Shown here: in pieces, positions 6,850 through 17,093 of the stretch
How positions within the stretch are numbered: position 1 is the first letter of the stretch
Layout of the letters: each line of letters begins with the position of its first letter
NCBI GenBank assembly: GCA_903907185.1
Contig: CAIVND010000004.1
Coordinates: forward strand, 1-36,589
Direction: 5' to 3'
Source of the DNA: an uncultured Acidimicrobiaceae bacterium
Lineage (GTDB): Bacteria; Actinomycetota; Acidimicrobiia; Acidimicrobiales; Bog-793
DNA: 36,589 nt
Notes under the pieces: generated by a model
Seen by the model: only the letters and a program-made list of their open reading frames with translations
Databases searched by the model: none
Told to the model about the DNA's origin: nothing
Program-made: the position numbers and the translations under genes

Positions 6850-9200
6850 TCGATCAGTCCGCCTACCCGGTCGACCCCTGGGCGCTTCGGGAGACCCACC
6901 TCAATCTCAATGTCCTTGCGCAGAGCGAATCGCTCTTCGCGCTCTCAAATGGTCACATCGGGTGGCGCGGGAACCTTGACGAGGGCGAGCCCTTCGGTCA
7001 ACCGGGCTCCTACCTCAATGGCGTTTACGAGACTCGGCCACTTCCGTACGCGGAGGCTGGTTACGGCTACCCAGAGGATGGCCAGACAGTCATCAACGTC
7101 ACGAACGGAAAATTGATCCGCCTGCTCGTTAACGATGAGCCCTTTGATATCCGATATGGCCAACTTCGCCAGCACACGCGTACCTTGGACTTTCGCACCG
7201 GTCTTCTCAGCCGTGAGGTCGACTGGGCATCACCCGAGGGCCAGGGCATCCGTGTTCGTTCCACTCGCCTGGTCTCGTTTACCCAACGCTCGATCGGTGC
7301 CATTACCTATGAGGTTGAGGCGATCGACTCCACGCTTCACGTGGTCATCCAGTCCGAACTCGTGACCAACGAGGTCCTCCCGCCAAGAAGCGGAGACCCG
7401 CGGGTCTCGGCAGTCCTCGAAGCACCGTTGCAGGCGGAGACGAACTACTCCTCAGAGATGAAGGCGACGCTGATCCACTCCACGAAGATCAGCCGTCTTC
7501 GCGTCGCTGCGGCGATGGACCACCATGTGGAGTGTCAGGCCAACGTTCAGGTTTCGACGGAGAGTTTCCCCGATCTTGGTCGCGCGACCTATAGCGCGAC
7601 ACTCGAGCCCGGGCAGAAACTAAAGATCACAAAATTTGTTGCCTACGGCTGGTCTGCAGAGCGATCAGAGTCAGCGATGCGTGATCAAGTGGCCGCCGCG
7701 CTCGAGTCAGCACGTCACAGTGGATGGGATGGTCTCGTTAGCGAACAGCGAACTGCCCTCGACCGACTGTGGGAGCGTGCTGATGTTGAGGTTGACGGTG
7801 ATCCCGAGATCCAGCAGGCGATCCGCTTCTCGCTCTTCCATGTCTTCCAAGCAGGTATCCGCGCCGAGGGCCGGGCAATTCCAGCAAAGGGTCTCACCGG
7901 TCCTGGCTATGACGGTCATGCCTTCTGGGATACCGAGACATTTGTCCTTCCCATGCTGACTTACACCGTGCCGGAGGCCGTCGCGCACACGCTGCGATGG
8001 AGGTACGAGATGTTGCCGACCGCACGTGATCGCGCTCGCCTTCTCCGCCTTGGCGGTGCGGTCTTTCCCTGGCGGACGATCAACGGTGCTGAGTGTTCCG
8101 CCTACTGGCCAGCCGGAACCGCGGCGTTCCATGTTGGTGCGGGAATCGCCGCCGCGGTCGTTCGCTACGTTGCAGCGACGGGTGACACGGACTTTGAAAA
8201 GCGCATGGGACTCGAACTGCTCGCGGAGACGGCTCGGCTGTGGCGGTCCCTTGGCCACCACGATGTCGAAGGCAGATTCCGTATCGATGGAGTCACTGGT
8301 CCTGATGAGTACTCGGCGATCGCTGACAACAACGTCTACACCAATCTCATGGCGCAACATAATCTCGTAAGTGCCGCTGATGCTGCGCAACGTCATCCCG
8401 ATGAGGCAAGAAGGTTGCACATCGATCAAGAGGAGATGGCGACCTGGCGCGACGCAGCACGGGCGATGTACATCCCCTACGACGACGTTCTCAAAATCCA
8501 TCCGCAGTCAGAGGGATTCACCCGCCATGAGGTGTGGGACTTCGAGAACACCACCGAGGACCAGTATCCTCTCTTCCTGCACTTCCCCTACTTCGACATC
8601 TACCGCAAGCAGGTCATTAAGCAGGCCGACCTCGTGTTGGCAATGCACCTGCGAACTGATGCCTTTACCGATGAGGAGAAGGCGAGAAACTTCGCATACT
8701 ACGAGGCGCTAACCGTTCGCGACTCCTCGCTCTCCGCGTCGACGCAGGCGGTCATCGCAGCGGAGGTTGGACACCTTGAGCTTGCCCATGATTACCTCGG
8801 CGAGGCGGCACTCCTTGACCTACGCGACCTTGCGCAGAACACCCGAGACGGCCTGCACATGGCCTCGCTCGCCGGAACCTGGAATGCACTTGTCTGTGGG
8901 TTCGCAGGGATGCGCGAGTGGGACGGGATGATCTCTTTCGCCCCCTGTCTGCCAGGGGGAATCACCCGCCTGGCGATCACACTATCGATGCTTGGAAGAT
9001 TGATTCGGATCGTCATCATGCCTGAAGAGACCTCCTACCAACTGGTCGAGGGTAAGCCTCTTCAGATCCTTCACAATCGAGAGCCAGTAACCCTTCCAGC
9101 GCGACGTGCTGTGCAGCTCCCAAATAGGAAGCTCATCCCCCTCATCCCCCCGATGCAGCCATATGGTCGGCGCCCGATGACCCACCGCTCCGTGAGCTGA
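6846..9200 (+). CDS. Glycoside hydrolase family 65 disaccharide phosphorylase (trehalose/maltose/kojibiose phosphorylase type; substrate not assignable)
   Basis: 784 aa. It contains GLTGPGYDGHAFWDTETFVLPML (GH65 catalytic-acid region), FPWRTINGAECS and DNNVYTNLMA. The ATG overlaps the upstream stop (ATGA at 6846-6849). Confidence 0.9.
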   Translation: MIDQSAYPVDPWALRETHLNLNVLAQSESLFALSNGHIGWRGNLDEGEPFGQPGSYLNGVYETRPLPYAEAGYGYPEDGQTVINVTNGKLIRLLVNDEPFDIRYGQLRQHTRTLDFRTGLLSREVDWASPEGQGIRVRSTRLVSFTQRSIGAITYEVEAIDSTLHVVIQSELVTNEVLPPRSGDPRVSAVLEAPLQAETNYSSEMKATLIHSTKISRLRVAAAMDHHVECQANVQVSTESFPDLGRATYSATLEPGQKLKITKFVAYGWSAERSESAMRDQVAAALESARHSGWDGLVSEQRTALDRLWERADVEVDGDPEIQQAIRFSLFHVFQAGIRAEGRAIPAKGLTGPGYDGHAFWDTETFVLPMLTYTVPEAVAHTLRWRYEMLPTARDRARLLRLGGAVFPWRTINGAECSAYWPAGTAAFHVGAGIAAAVVRYVAATGDTDFEKRMGLELLAETARLWRSLGHHDVEGRFRIDGVTGPDEYSAIADNNVYTNLMAQHNLVSAADAAQRHPDEARRLHIDQEEMATWRDAARAMYIPYDDVLKIHPQSEGFTRHEVWDFENTTEDQYPLFLHFPYFDIYRKQVIKQADLVLAMHLRTDAFTDEEKARNFAYYEALTVRDSSLSASTQAVIAAEVGHLELAHDYLGEAALLDLRDLAQNTRDGLHMASLAGTWNALVCGFAGMREWDGMISFAPCLPGGITRLAITLSMLGRLIRIVIMPEETSYQLVEGKPLQILHNREPVTLPARRAVQLPNRKLIPLIPPMQPYGRRPMTHRSVS

Positions 9201-9311
9201 CGCTCCATGGAATGGTGCCGATAGTCTTGCAAAGTAATGGTTACCACTGACGCGCAATCGTTCGAATTTGCACGTCTGTCTCTCCTCAATCCCACGAGTC
9301 TCTAAAACCTG

Positions 9312-10217
9312 ATGACCATTGACAACGAGGAGATCACCGTCGCCGCAGACATCGGTGGCACCCATATGCGCTCGGCGCTTGTGACCGCGGCAGGCAAGAT
9401 CATTCACCGTGAGGAGCAACCAACTCCCCGCGATGCTACGACGACCGATGCGCTCACCGACCTCATCAGGTCAGTGGCAAACAACCGGCACAATCTCCTG
9501 GCCCCAACCACCGTCATCATCGGTCTGCCTGGCCAGGTTGATTACGCAGCGGGAAGGTTGCTGTCTGGCCCAAATCTGCCTCCAACATGGCATGCCCAGC
9601 TCTCCGAGCAACAGCTCACTAACAAGATTGGCCTTCCCGTACGGATCGCGAATGACGCGGACGTCGCGGCTGTCGGCGAGGCATACTTCGGCGCTGGCCG
9701 AGATCATCGCGACGTGGCGTACATCACGGTCTCCACCGGCATCGGAGCAGGACTGGTCTATAGCGGTCAACTCATTCGAGGCGCACGATCGCTTGCCGAA
9801 CTTGGCCACACCATCATCGACCGTGAGGCGGAGCGTGAGGATCTTCCTGCGACGCTCGAGGAGATCGCCGCTGGATCGGGAATGGCACGTATGGCAAGTG
9901 CCGCTGGACTTGGCTCGATCACTGGCGAGAAGATCGATGAGCTCAAACAAAAGGGCGACGAGCGGGCGACCAAGATCTGGAGCGATTCAGTATTTGCCAC
10001 CGCAATCGGCATTACGAACTTGATCACCTGCTTTTCGCCGGAACTCGTTGTACTTGGCGGAGGAATTGGTCTACAGCAGGAGTATTTCGCTGCGCTCACC
10101 AAGGCGATCGAGCACATGTGTATTGCTCACCCGCCCGCGATCCCAATGGTTCAGGCGGTTCTCGGCGATAACGCCGGGCTCATTGGCTGTGCCCGTTGGC
10201 TCGCAGCCACACTTTAG
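9312..10217 (+). CDS. ROK-family sugar kinase (glucokinase-like, lacking the CxCGxxGC zinc motif)
   Basis: It contains VAADIGGTHMRSALV (N-terminal ATP-binding DxGGT), IANDADVAAVGE and ITVSTGIGAGLVYSGQLIRGARSLAELGH (ROK signature). After GH the sequence is TIIDREAEREDLPATLEEIAAGSG, with no cysteines. Confidence 0.8.
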   Translation: MTIDNEEITVAADIGGTHMRSALVTAAGKIIHREEQPTPRDATTTDALTDLIRSVANNRHNLLAPTTVIIGLPGQVDYAAGRLLSGPNLPPTWHAQLSEQQLTNKIGLPVRIANDADVAAVGEAYFGAGRDHRDVAYITVSTGIGAGLVYSGQLIRGARSLAELGHTIIDREAEREDLPATLEEIAAGSGMARMASAAGLGSITGEKIDELKQKGDERATKIWSDSVFATAIGITNLITCFSPELVVLGGGIGLQQEYFAALTKAIEHMCIAHPPAIPMVQAVLGDNAGLIGCARWLAATL

Positions 10218-10238
10218 ATCCCAAAGAGAGGAAGACCC

Positions 10239-12413
10239 GTGGAGGTTTCAGTCGGGCCACCAGTCATATCGACGCACTTTGACGATGAGGTCGCGATCTG
10301 CGAGCTCTCTGCGGAGATCTCTGGCACAAAGGAACAGGGCTACTTCGTCGACGACACCCGCTTGGTCTCGGGTTACCGGCTCAAGCTTGGCGGCGATCGG
10401 CCCGTACTCCTCAACAGCGCAGCGGTAGACCATCACTCCTCACGTTCGGAGTTCACCAACCCGGAACTCGTAGGAAGTGACGGCAATCAGATCGCTCAAA
10501 ACAGCATGCACCTTCGGCTTGATCGGTGCATCGGTCCCGGAATGCATGAAGATTATGACCTGACGAACAACGGACGGATACCCGTCGTCATCGACCTCGA
10601 GGTAAGTATCGAGTCGGACTTTGCCGACCTATTTGATGTCAAAGGACACCGCCGCATCCGAAGAGGATCCATACGGAGCGACTGGGACGAGAAACGACTC
10701 CGGCTCACGACGAACTACCTCAATCAGACCTTTGCACGATCGCTCATCATCGAGGTCAACACAAACGACTCACCTCCCGAGTTCGCCAACGGCGGTCTCC
10801 TCTTTCGGATCAATCTCACACCAGGCGACACCTGGCACACCTGCCTGCACTGGGTACCGATCATCGATGGAATCGAACGCACGGTCACTCGGCCCTGCCA
10901 CGACCTGTTAAAGCCAACCTCGATCAGTGAGGTGAGTGGTCAGCAGTGGATAGATCAAGCAACGACCTTTGATACGTCCGATCCCGGTGTCAACCAGGCA
11001 GTCCGTCAAGCAACCGATGACCTCGCCGGACTTCGGCTCTATCACCATGACGAACTCGCTGCCCCCGGGTCCGCCATGCATGACATCGAATCGTGGGTAC
11101 CTGCGGCCGGAATCCCGTGGTTCGTCAGCCTCTTTGGCAGAGATGCGCTCATCGTCGCGCTGCAAACACCCGCGCTGTCGCCCAGGTTCGCTCTCGGAAG
11201 CCTTCGCGCTCTGGCCGCGCTCCAAGCAGACTCCTACGACGACAGTCGAGATATGCAGCCCGGCAAGATCGAACATGAGGTGCGTCATGGCGAGCTCGCC
11301 GCACTCAAACTCATCCCGCACACTCCTTACTACGGAGCACACGAGACCACCTCACTCTTTGTACTCGTTGCAGCGCGCGCCTGGCGTTGGCATGGCGACC
11401 GGCGCTCGATCGATGCCATACGGCCACATGTCGAGCGAGCACTGTCGTGGATCGACACCGATGGTGACCTTGATGGCGACGGTCTGCAGGAGTACCAGAC
11501 CCGTGCACCAAATGGCTACCTCGACCAAGGTTGGAAGGATGCCGGAGACGCGATTGTAATGAGCGATGGATCGCCTGCAAAACTCCCGATCGCACTCTGT
11601 GAGCATCAGGCGATCGTGGTTGCTGCGAAACGCGCCTGGGCGGATGTCCTTGAAGAAGTTTACGAAGAGACGAAGATCGCGAGCCGCCTTCGCAGCGAGG
11701 CAGATCGGTTGCTCAATCAGATTGAGGAGCGTTTTTGGTGGGAGTCCGAGGGCACCTACTACCTCGGTCTCGACGGCGATAAGCGACCGATCGACTCCGT
11801 TGCCTCCAATGCGGGACACCTTCTCTGGTTGATCGATATCGATCCCGACCGGGCCGGGCGCGTCGTGAAGCGGATGATGGCGGATGATATGTGGAGTGGA
11901 TGGGGAATCCGCACCCTTTCGTCTGATCATGTCGCCTACGATCCGCTCTCCTACCAGCGTGGGTCGGTGTGGCCACATGACAACGCAATCGCTGCGGCAG
12001 GGTTTCAAAACTATGGATACGGGGTGGAGGCAGCCAAAGTAGCTTCCGGCATCTTCGACGCCACTGCGAAGTTTGCCTCACTTCGACTACCCGAACTCTT
12101 TGCCGGATTTACCCGTGATCCAGGCGCATTTCCCGTGCAGTACCTCGGAGCGAACGTGCCGCAGGCGTGGTCCTCTGGAGCGATCATTCACCTTGTCTCT
12201 ACGCTCATCGGCCTTGATGCTGACGCTCAGAGAAACGCAATTTTCCTTAGGCCGGCACTGCCTGTTTGGATGTCGGAGGTGACTGTCCACAAGCTCCGGG
12301 TAGGACAGTCATCTGTCGATCTTCGCGTTGTGCGCGACGCGAAGGGCAACCACGAGGTCGAGATCCTGGCAAACGATGGCGACCTTTCGGTGAAGATCGT
12401 CAACGAGCGATAG
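10239..12413 (+). CDS. Amylo-alpha-1,6-glucosidase / glycogen-debranching-enzyme-like protein (GDE_N_bis + GDE_C architecture)
   Basis: 724 aa with a GTG start after GAGAGGAAG. It contains GIPWFVSLFGRDALI, GKIEHEVRHGELA, YYGAHETTSLFV, DGDGLQEYQ, GWKDAGDAI, ALCEHQA, WSGWGIRTLS and YQRGSVWPHDNA. These are typical of the (alpha/alpha)6 GDE_C family. Confidence 0.8.
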   Translation: MEVSVGPPVISTHFDDEVAICELSAEISGTKEQGYFVDDTRLVSGYRLKLGGDRPVLLNSAAVDHHSSRSEFTNPELVGSDGNQIAQNSMHLRLDRCIGPGMHEDYDLTNNGRIPVVIDLEVSIESDFADLFDVKGHRRIRRGSIRSDWDEKRLRLTTNYLNQTFARSLIIEVNTNDSPPEFANGGLLFRINLTPGDTWHTCLHWVPIIDGIERTVTRPCHDLLKPTSISEVSGQQWIDQATTFDTSDPGVNQAVRQATDDLAGLRLYHHDELAAPGSAMHDIESWVPAAGIPWFVSLFGRDALIVALQTPALSPRFALGSLRALAALQADSYDDSRDMQPGKIEHEVRHGELAALKLIPHTPYYGAHETTSLFVLVAARAWRWHGDRRSIDAIRPHVERALSWIDTDGDLDGDGLQEYQTRAPNGYLDQGWKDAGDAIVMSDGSPAKLPIALCEHQAIVVAAKRAWADVLEEVYEETKIASRLRSEADRLLNQIEERFWWESEGTYYLGLDGDKRPIDSVASNAGHLLWLIDIDPDRAGRVVKRMMADDMWSGWGIRTLSSDHVAYDPLSYQRGSVWPHDNAIAAAGFQNYGYGVEAAKVASGIFDATAKFASLRLPELFAGFTRDPGAFPVQYLGANVPQAWSSGAIIHLVSTLIGLDADAQRNAIFLRPALPVWMSEVTVHKLRVGQSSVDLRVVRDAKGNHEVEILANDGDLSVKIVNER

Positions 12414-12645
12414 CGAAATGGCGACAGGCGCGAGCACAACGTATCCACAGGAAGAGTCCTCCTATCTGCTTGAGACATCAAAATTTAACCATCGCCGATG
12501 ACGCAATACTGGGGTGTCGCTGTTACCGTCGAAGATAGGCAAGATCAGTGCATTCGTCCTGAAGGGCAGCCACAGCGCGCAGTATTCCATTAGAGGGTGT
12601 CATCCGCATCACCCGTCAGAGATCAACGAGAACAAGGGGAGATAG

Positions 12646-13713
12646 ATGAGTTCAACCCAAAAACTGCACGACCTTGGACAGAGTCTTTGGCTCGACAACA
12701 TCACCAGAGCAATGCTCGATGATGGACAGCTCCAGCGGTACATCGACACGTACTCGGTAACCGGACTGACCTCAAATCCCTCGATCTTTGATGCTGCCAT
12801 CGCAAGCGGCCTCTATGACGGGGAGATCGCCTCGCTGGCAAAGCAGGGGATCGTTGGAGAGGATCTCTTTTTTACGTTGGCGATCGAGGATCTCCAACGG
12901 GCGGCGGACCTGTTTGCCCCGGTCCATGAGCGTACCGATGGGGTCGATGGCTGGGTATCTCTCGAGGTCTCACCTCTCCTCGCGTATGACACCGATAAGA
13001 CCGTGGAGTGGGCAAAGGAGCTTCATGGCCGTGCTCGGCGCTCAAATTTGTTCATCAAGATCCCTGGCACACCTGAGGGACTCCCCGCCATCGAGGAGTG
13101 CATCGCATCGGGCGTTCCCATCAACGTCACTCTGCTCTTTGATGTCGATCAGTACGTTGCCTGCTTTGAGGCCTACCTCCGTGGCGTCGAGCGACGTATC
13201 GCTGCTGGACTGAATCCCGCGGTCTCTTCGGTTGCCTCGCTCTTCATCTCCCGGTGGGACGCGGCGATCGCGACAAAGGTGCCAGAGGAGCTTCAAAATG
13301 AGCTCGGACTCACGGTAAGCCTTGAGGCATACCGGACCTACTGCGAGATCATGAGTTCGGAACGCTTTCAGCGGGTCGCGAATAGTGGCGCACGCATGCA
13401 GCGCCTCCTGTGGGCGAGCACCAAGACCAAAGATCCCAAGGCCTCGGACACGCTCTATATCAAAGGGCTTGCCTCGCCCTTTACGATCAACACGATGCCC
13501 GACTCAACGATTGAGGCGTTCTTTGATCACGGTGAGATCGGTGCGTCGCTTCCCACAGATGGTGGCGACTATCTGGAACGAAAAGAGAAGTTTGCGGCAG
13601 CCGGGATCGATATCAGCGCTCTTGGCAAGCAACTTCAAAAAGATGGGGCGCAAGCCTTTGTGAAGTCCTGGACGGAGCTGCTCGCAAAGATCGAAGCGGC
13701 AGCCGCAAAGTAA
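12646..13713 (+). CDS. tal: Transaldolase (long actinobacterial type)
   Basis: It contains SLWLDNITR, VTGLTSNPSIFDAAI, FIKIPGTPEGLPAIEE (active-site Lys region) and INVTLLF. The RBS GGGGAG lies upstream of the ATG. Confidence 0.92.
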   Translation: MSSTQKLHDLGQSLWLDNITRAMLDDGQLQRYIDTYSVTGLTSNPSIFDAAIASGLYDGEIASLAKQGIVGEDLFFTLAIEDLQRAADLFAPVHERTDGVDGWVSLEVSPLLAYDTDKTVEWAKELHGRARRSNLFIKIPGTPEGLPAIEECIASGVPINVTLLFDVDQYVACFEAYLRGVERRIAAGLNPAVSSVASLFISRWDAAIATKVPEELQNELGLTVSLEAYRTYCEIMSSERFQRVANSGARMQRLLWASTKTKDPKASDTLYIKGLASPFTINTMPDSTIEAFFDHGEIGASLPTDGGDYLERKEKFAAAGIDISALGKQLQKDGAQAFVKSWTELLAKIEAAAAK

Positions 13714-13734
13714 CGAAATGAGCAAGAATTAGAG

Positions 13735-15381
13735 ATGCCATTCACTCCGCTACGCCAACGATCTTCATGGAGAGCTCTTACCGCCCATCACCGTGAGCTC
13801 GCATCAATACATCTGCGAGAGCTGTTCTCCACAGATGCCAACCGTGGCGAGCGACTGACTGTGGAGGCTGCTGGTCTGTACCTCGATTACTCCAAGAATC
13901 GAATTACCGATGAGACGATGCGACTTCTTTTCAATCTCGCGAATGAGTCTGGAGTTCCCGTACGACGCGATCAGATGTTCAAAGGCGTGCATATCAACGT
14001 CTCGGAGAACCGCGCCGACCTGAGCTTCGCTCTTCGCATGCCAAAGGACTCTTCGGTCATCCTTGATGGAGTTGACGTCGTGGCACAGGTGCACGGAGTG
14101 CTGGATCAGATGACAAAGTTTTCCAACAGCATCCGATCTGGCGAATGGCGGGGCGAGACCGGACTGCCGATAAAGAACATCATCAACATCGGGATCGGTG
14201 GATCAGATCTCGGCCCCGTGATGGCCTATGAGGCGCTCCGTCACTACTCACGACGCGACCTGACCTTTCGTTTTGTCTCAAACGTCGATTCGACCGATCT
14301 CGCCGAGGCCCTCCGTGATCTTGACCCGGCAGAGACACTCTTTATCGTCTCCTCAAAGACCTTCTCGACACTTGAGACCTTGACCAACGCTCAATCTGCC
14401 CGAGAATGGATCGTTGGATCACTCGGCGAGGAGTCGGTCGCCAAACACTTTGTTGCAGTATCGACTCACGAGGATCGGGTACGCGAGTTTGGCATCGAGA
14501 GCACGAACATGTTCGGATTTTGGGACTGGGTCGGTGGCCGCTACTCGATGGATTCAGCGATTGGACTCTCCACCATGGTGGCGATTGGACCAGAAAATTT
14601 CATGGAGATGTTGGCGGGCTTCCATGAGATGGACGAGCACTTTCGCACCACACCGATCGAACGGAACTTGCCCGTCATTATGGGCATGTTGGCCGTCTGG
14701 TATCGCAACTTCTTTGAGTTCCCAACCGCAGGCGTTATGCCCTACGACCAGTACTTAAAGCGCCTGCCCGCCTATCTCCAACAGCTCACAATGGAGTCGA
14801 ATGGGAAACATGTCACCAACGAGGGTGACCGAGTGGACTACGACACCAGCGCCATCTACTGGGGCGAGCCCGGTACAAACGGACAGCACAGCTTCTACCA
14901 ACTGATCCATCAGGGAACGACGATCATCCCACTCGATTTAATCTGCTTTGCAAACAGCCTCAACCCGCTCGGTGAGCACCACGACATCCTTTCGTCAAAT
15001 GTCTTCGCACAGGCCCAAGCGCTTGCCTTTGGCAAGACTGCAGACGAGGTCCACGCCGATGGGAGTCTGGAAGACATCGTCGCCAACCGAGTGATGGAGG
15101 GGAACCGACCGACGAACGTGCTCCTTGCCGAGGTGCTCACACCGCGCATCCTTGGGGCACTTGTCGCACTTTATGAGCACTCGGTCTTTGTTCAGGGCAC
15201 TGTCTGGGGTATCGATTCATTCGATCAGTGGGGGGTCGAACTCGGCAAGATCCTCGCCGCAAAGATCACCCCTGAACTTCTCAGCGAATCTGAGCCAACA
15301 CTCGATCACGACTCATCGACATCAACGCTGATCCGCCGATATCGCACCCTCAAAAAAAATGGAGAACACTATGGCAACTGA
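13735..15381 (+). CDS. pgi: Glucose-6-phosphate isomerase
   Basis: 548 aa. It contains [36 protein letters not shown] and [15 protein letters not shown]. Confidence 0.95.
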   Translation: MPFTPLRQRSSWRALTAHHRELASIHLRELFSTDANRGERLTVEAAGLYLDYSKNRITDETMRLLFNLANESGVPVRRDQMFKGVHINVSENRADLSFALRMPKDSSVILDGVDVVAQVHGVLDQMTKFSNSIRSGEWRGETGLPIKNIINIGIGGSDLGPVMAYEALRHYSRRDLTFRFVSNVDSTDLAEALRDLDPAETLFIVSSKTFSTLETLTNAQSAREWIVGSLGEESVAKHFVAVSTHEDRVREFGIESTNMFGFWDWVGGRYSMDSAIGLSTMVAIGPENFMEMLAGFHEMDEHFRTTPIERNLPVIMGMLAVWYRNFFEFPTAGVMPYDQYLKRLPAYLQQLTMESNGKHVTNEGDRVDYDTSAIYWGEPGTNGQHSFYQLIHQGTTIIPLDLICFANSLNPLGEHHDILSSNVFAQAQALAFGKTADEVHADGSLEDIVANRVMEGNRPTNVLLAEVLTPRILGALVALYEHSVFVQGTVWGIDSFDQWGVELGKILAAKITPELLSESEPTLDHDSSTSTLIRRYRTLKKNGEHYGN

Positions 15382-16402
15382 TCACCCGATGCAGCTGGCG
15401 ATGGTTGGCCTTGGAAGAATGGGCGCAAACATCGTTCGACGCCTAATGCGCGACGGACACCAATGCGTGGTCTACGACATCAATACCCAGGCAGTGAAGG
15501 ATCTCGAGAAGGAGGGCGCGGTCGGAGCAAGTTCACTGGAAGAGCTGGTCGCAAAGCTCGAGCAACCCCGTGCCATCTGGCTCATGCTTCCCGCAGCATT
15601 TACCCAGGGCACCCTCGATGATCTCGTTCCGCACCTTGCACCCGAAGACGTGGTGATCGATGGGGGCAACTCCTACTACCGTGACGACATAACACGTGCT
15701 CAACAGCTAGAAAAGAATGTCCTCCACTATGTCGATTGTGGAACGAGTGGTGGCGTGTGGGGTCTTGAGCGTGGATACAGTCTGATGATCGGTGGAGAGG
15801 ACGATGTGGTCACCCGCCTCGATCCCATCTTCAAGTCCATTGCGCCGGGAGTCGGCGGGGTTGAACCCACTCCGGGTAGGACACGCACGACTGGCACCGC
15901 ACCCGAGGGCTACCTGCACTGTGGGCCAAATGGCGCTGGCCACTTCGTCAAAATGGTGCACAACGGGATCGAATACGGGATGATGGCCTCCATCGCTGAG
16001 GGACTCAGCATCATCAAGCACGCGAATGTCGGCAAACTCACTCAACAGGGTGATGCCGAGACGGCTCCACTACGCGAGCCAGAGGTCTACGCCTACGACA
16101 TCGATCTTCCCGAGGTTGCCGAGGTGTGGCGTCATGGATCGGTCGTTGGATCGTGGCTACTCGATCTCACGGCAGATGCTCTTGCTCGTTCGCCCGAGCT
16201 TTCGGACTTTAGTGGTCGCGTATCGGACTCCGGCGAGGGCCGCTGGACAGTACAGGCAGCGATCGACGAATCCGTGCCAGCACCGGTAATCAGTGCAGCG
16301 CTATGGCAGCGTTATGAATCACGTGGTGAGGGTGGATTTACCGCGAAGGTACTCTCCGCGATGCGCTCCGAGTTCGGTGGTCACGTCGAGAAACAGTTCT
16401 AG
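15371..16402 (+). CDS. gnd: 6-phosphogluconate dehydrogenase, decarboxylating (short Gnd/GntZ-like form)
   Basis: It contains [19 protein letters not shown] (Rossmann GxGxxG), [32 protein letters not shown] and DSGEGRWT. The track start at 15359 overlaps pgi. ATG 15371 follows GGAGAA at a 5-nt spacing, so I prefer it. Confidence 0.85.
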   Translation: MATDHPMQLAMVGLGRMGANIVRRLMRDGHQCVVYDINTQAVKDLEKEGAVGASSLEELVAKLEQPRAIWLMLPAAFTQGTLDDLVPHLAPEDVVIDGGNSYYRDDITRAQQLEKNVLHYVDCGTSGGVWGLERGYSLMIGGEDDVVTRLDPIFKSIAPGVGGVEPTPGRTRTTGTAPEGYLHCGPNGAGHFVKMVHNGIEYGMMASIAEGLSIIKHANVGKLTQQGDAETAPLREPEVYAYDIDLPEVAEVWRHGSVVGSWLLDLTADALARSPELSDFSGRVSDSGEGRWTVQAAIDESVPAPVISAALWQRYESRGEGGFTAKVLSAMRSEFGGHVEKQF

Positions 16403-16403
16403 C

Positions 16404-17060
16404 ATGCACCACGAATTGCAGCGGTTCGACGACGCACACGCACTCGCCGAACATGCCGCGCAGTTCGTTGTCAAACGTGCCCAACTCGCATCACAACGGG
16501 GAAAGACCTTTCACTTCGCCGTCAGTGGTGGTTCGACTCCTTGGGCGATGTTTGCCAAGCTCACCACTCTCGATGTCCCGTGGGAGAGTTTTGTCATCTA
16601 CCAGGTCGACGAACGGATCGCGCCGATTGGCGATCCCGATCGGAACCTCACTCATCTTGCAAGCAGCCTGAGTACTGTGCAGGTCACGATCCAACCGATG
16701 CCGGTCAACGACAGCGACCTCGCAGTCGCGACTAAAAACTATGGCAACCTGCTGCCATCGCGGTTCGACCTTATTCATCTTGGTCTTGGTCCAGATGGTC
16801 ACACCGCATCGCTCGTACCGGGCGATGCGGTGCTCGATATCACTGACCGCCCTGTCGCAACCACAGGAATCTATGACGGTCACCAGCGGATGACCCTCAC
16901 CTATCCCGCGCTCGAACGGGCCGACGAGATCCTTTGGCTGATCTCGGGTGCCGACAAACGCAGGGCGCTCGGGCAGCTCCTCAGCGGTGACCTCTCGATC
17001 CCCGCCGCGAGAGTCACGGCAGCTCACTCAACCATCATGGCTGACGCGGCGGCGATCTGA
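16404..17060 (+). CDS. pgl: 6-phosphogluconolactonase
   Basis: It contains FAVSGGSTP, YQVDERIAP and HLGLGPDGHTASLVPGD. The track ORF (16293) is an N-terminal over-extension through the gnd 3' end. ATG 16404 lies 1 nt after the gnd stop. Confidence 0.85.
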   Translation: MHHELQRFDDAHALAEHAAQFVVKRAQLASQRGKTFHFAVSGGSTPWAMFAKLTTLDVPWESFVIYQVDERIAPIGDPDRNLTHLASSLSTVQVTIQPMPVNDSDLAVATKNYGNLLPSRFDLIHLGLGPDGHTASLVPGDAVLDITDRPVATTGIYDGHQRMTLTYPALERADEILWLISGADKRRALGQLLSGDLSIPAARVTAAHSTIMADAAAI

Positions 17061-17093
17061 AACCTGCACCACCAGCCCAATAGGGCTCCCGTG

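Noticed and set aside
7707-8501. 264-aa minus-strand ORF inside the GH65 gene; similar long antisense ORFs at 9409-10023, 9471-9950, 11352-12008, 16491-17027, 25799-26407, 30677-31576 and 33656-34207
   Set aside because: All lie fully within, and antisense or out of frame to, genes with strong family motifs. Their products are Arg/Ser/Pro/Cys-rich, as is typical of shadow ORFs in high-GC DNA.
12414-12645. 232-bp spacer upstream of tal, considered as a possible riboswitch or ncRNA
   Set aside because: I found only short, weak stems by eye and no motif resembling a known riboswitch core. It is probably just the tal promoter region.
15351-15358. A8 run at the pgi/gnd overlap, as a possible slippage site fusing Pgi to Gnd
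   Set aside because: Pgi already ends at a family-typical position (..[10 protein letters not shown]). gnd has its own GGAGAA RBS and ATG at 15371. Nothing else suggests recoding.
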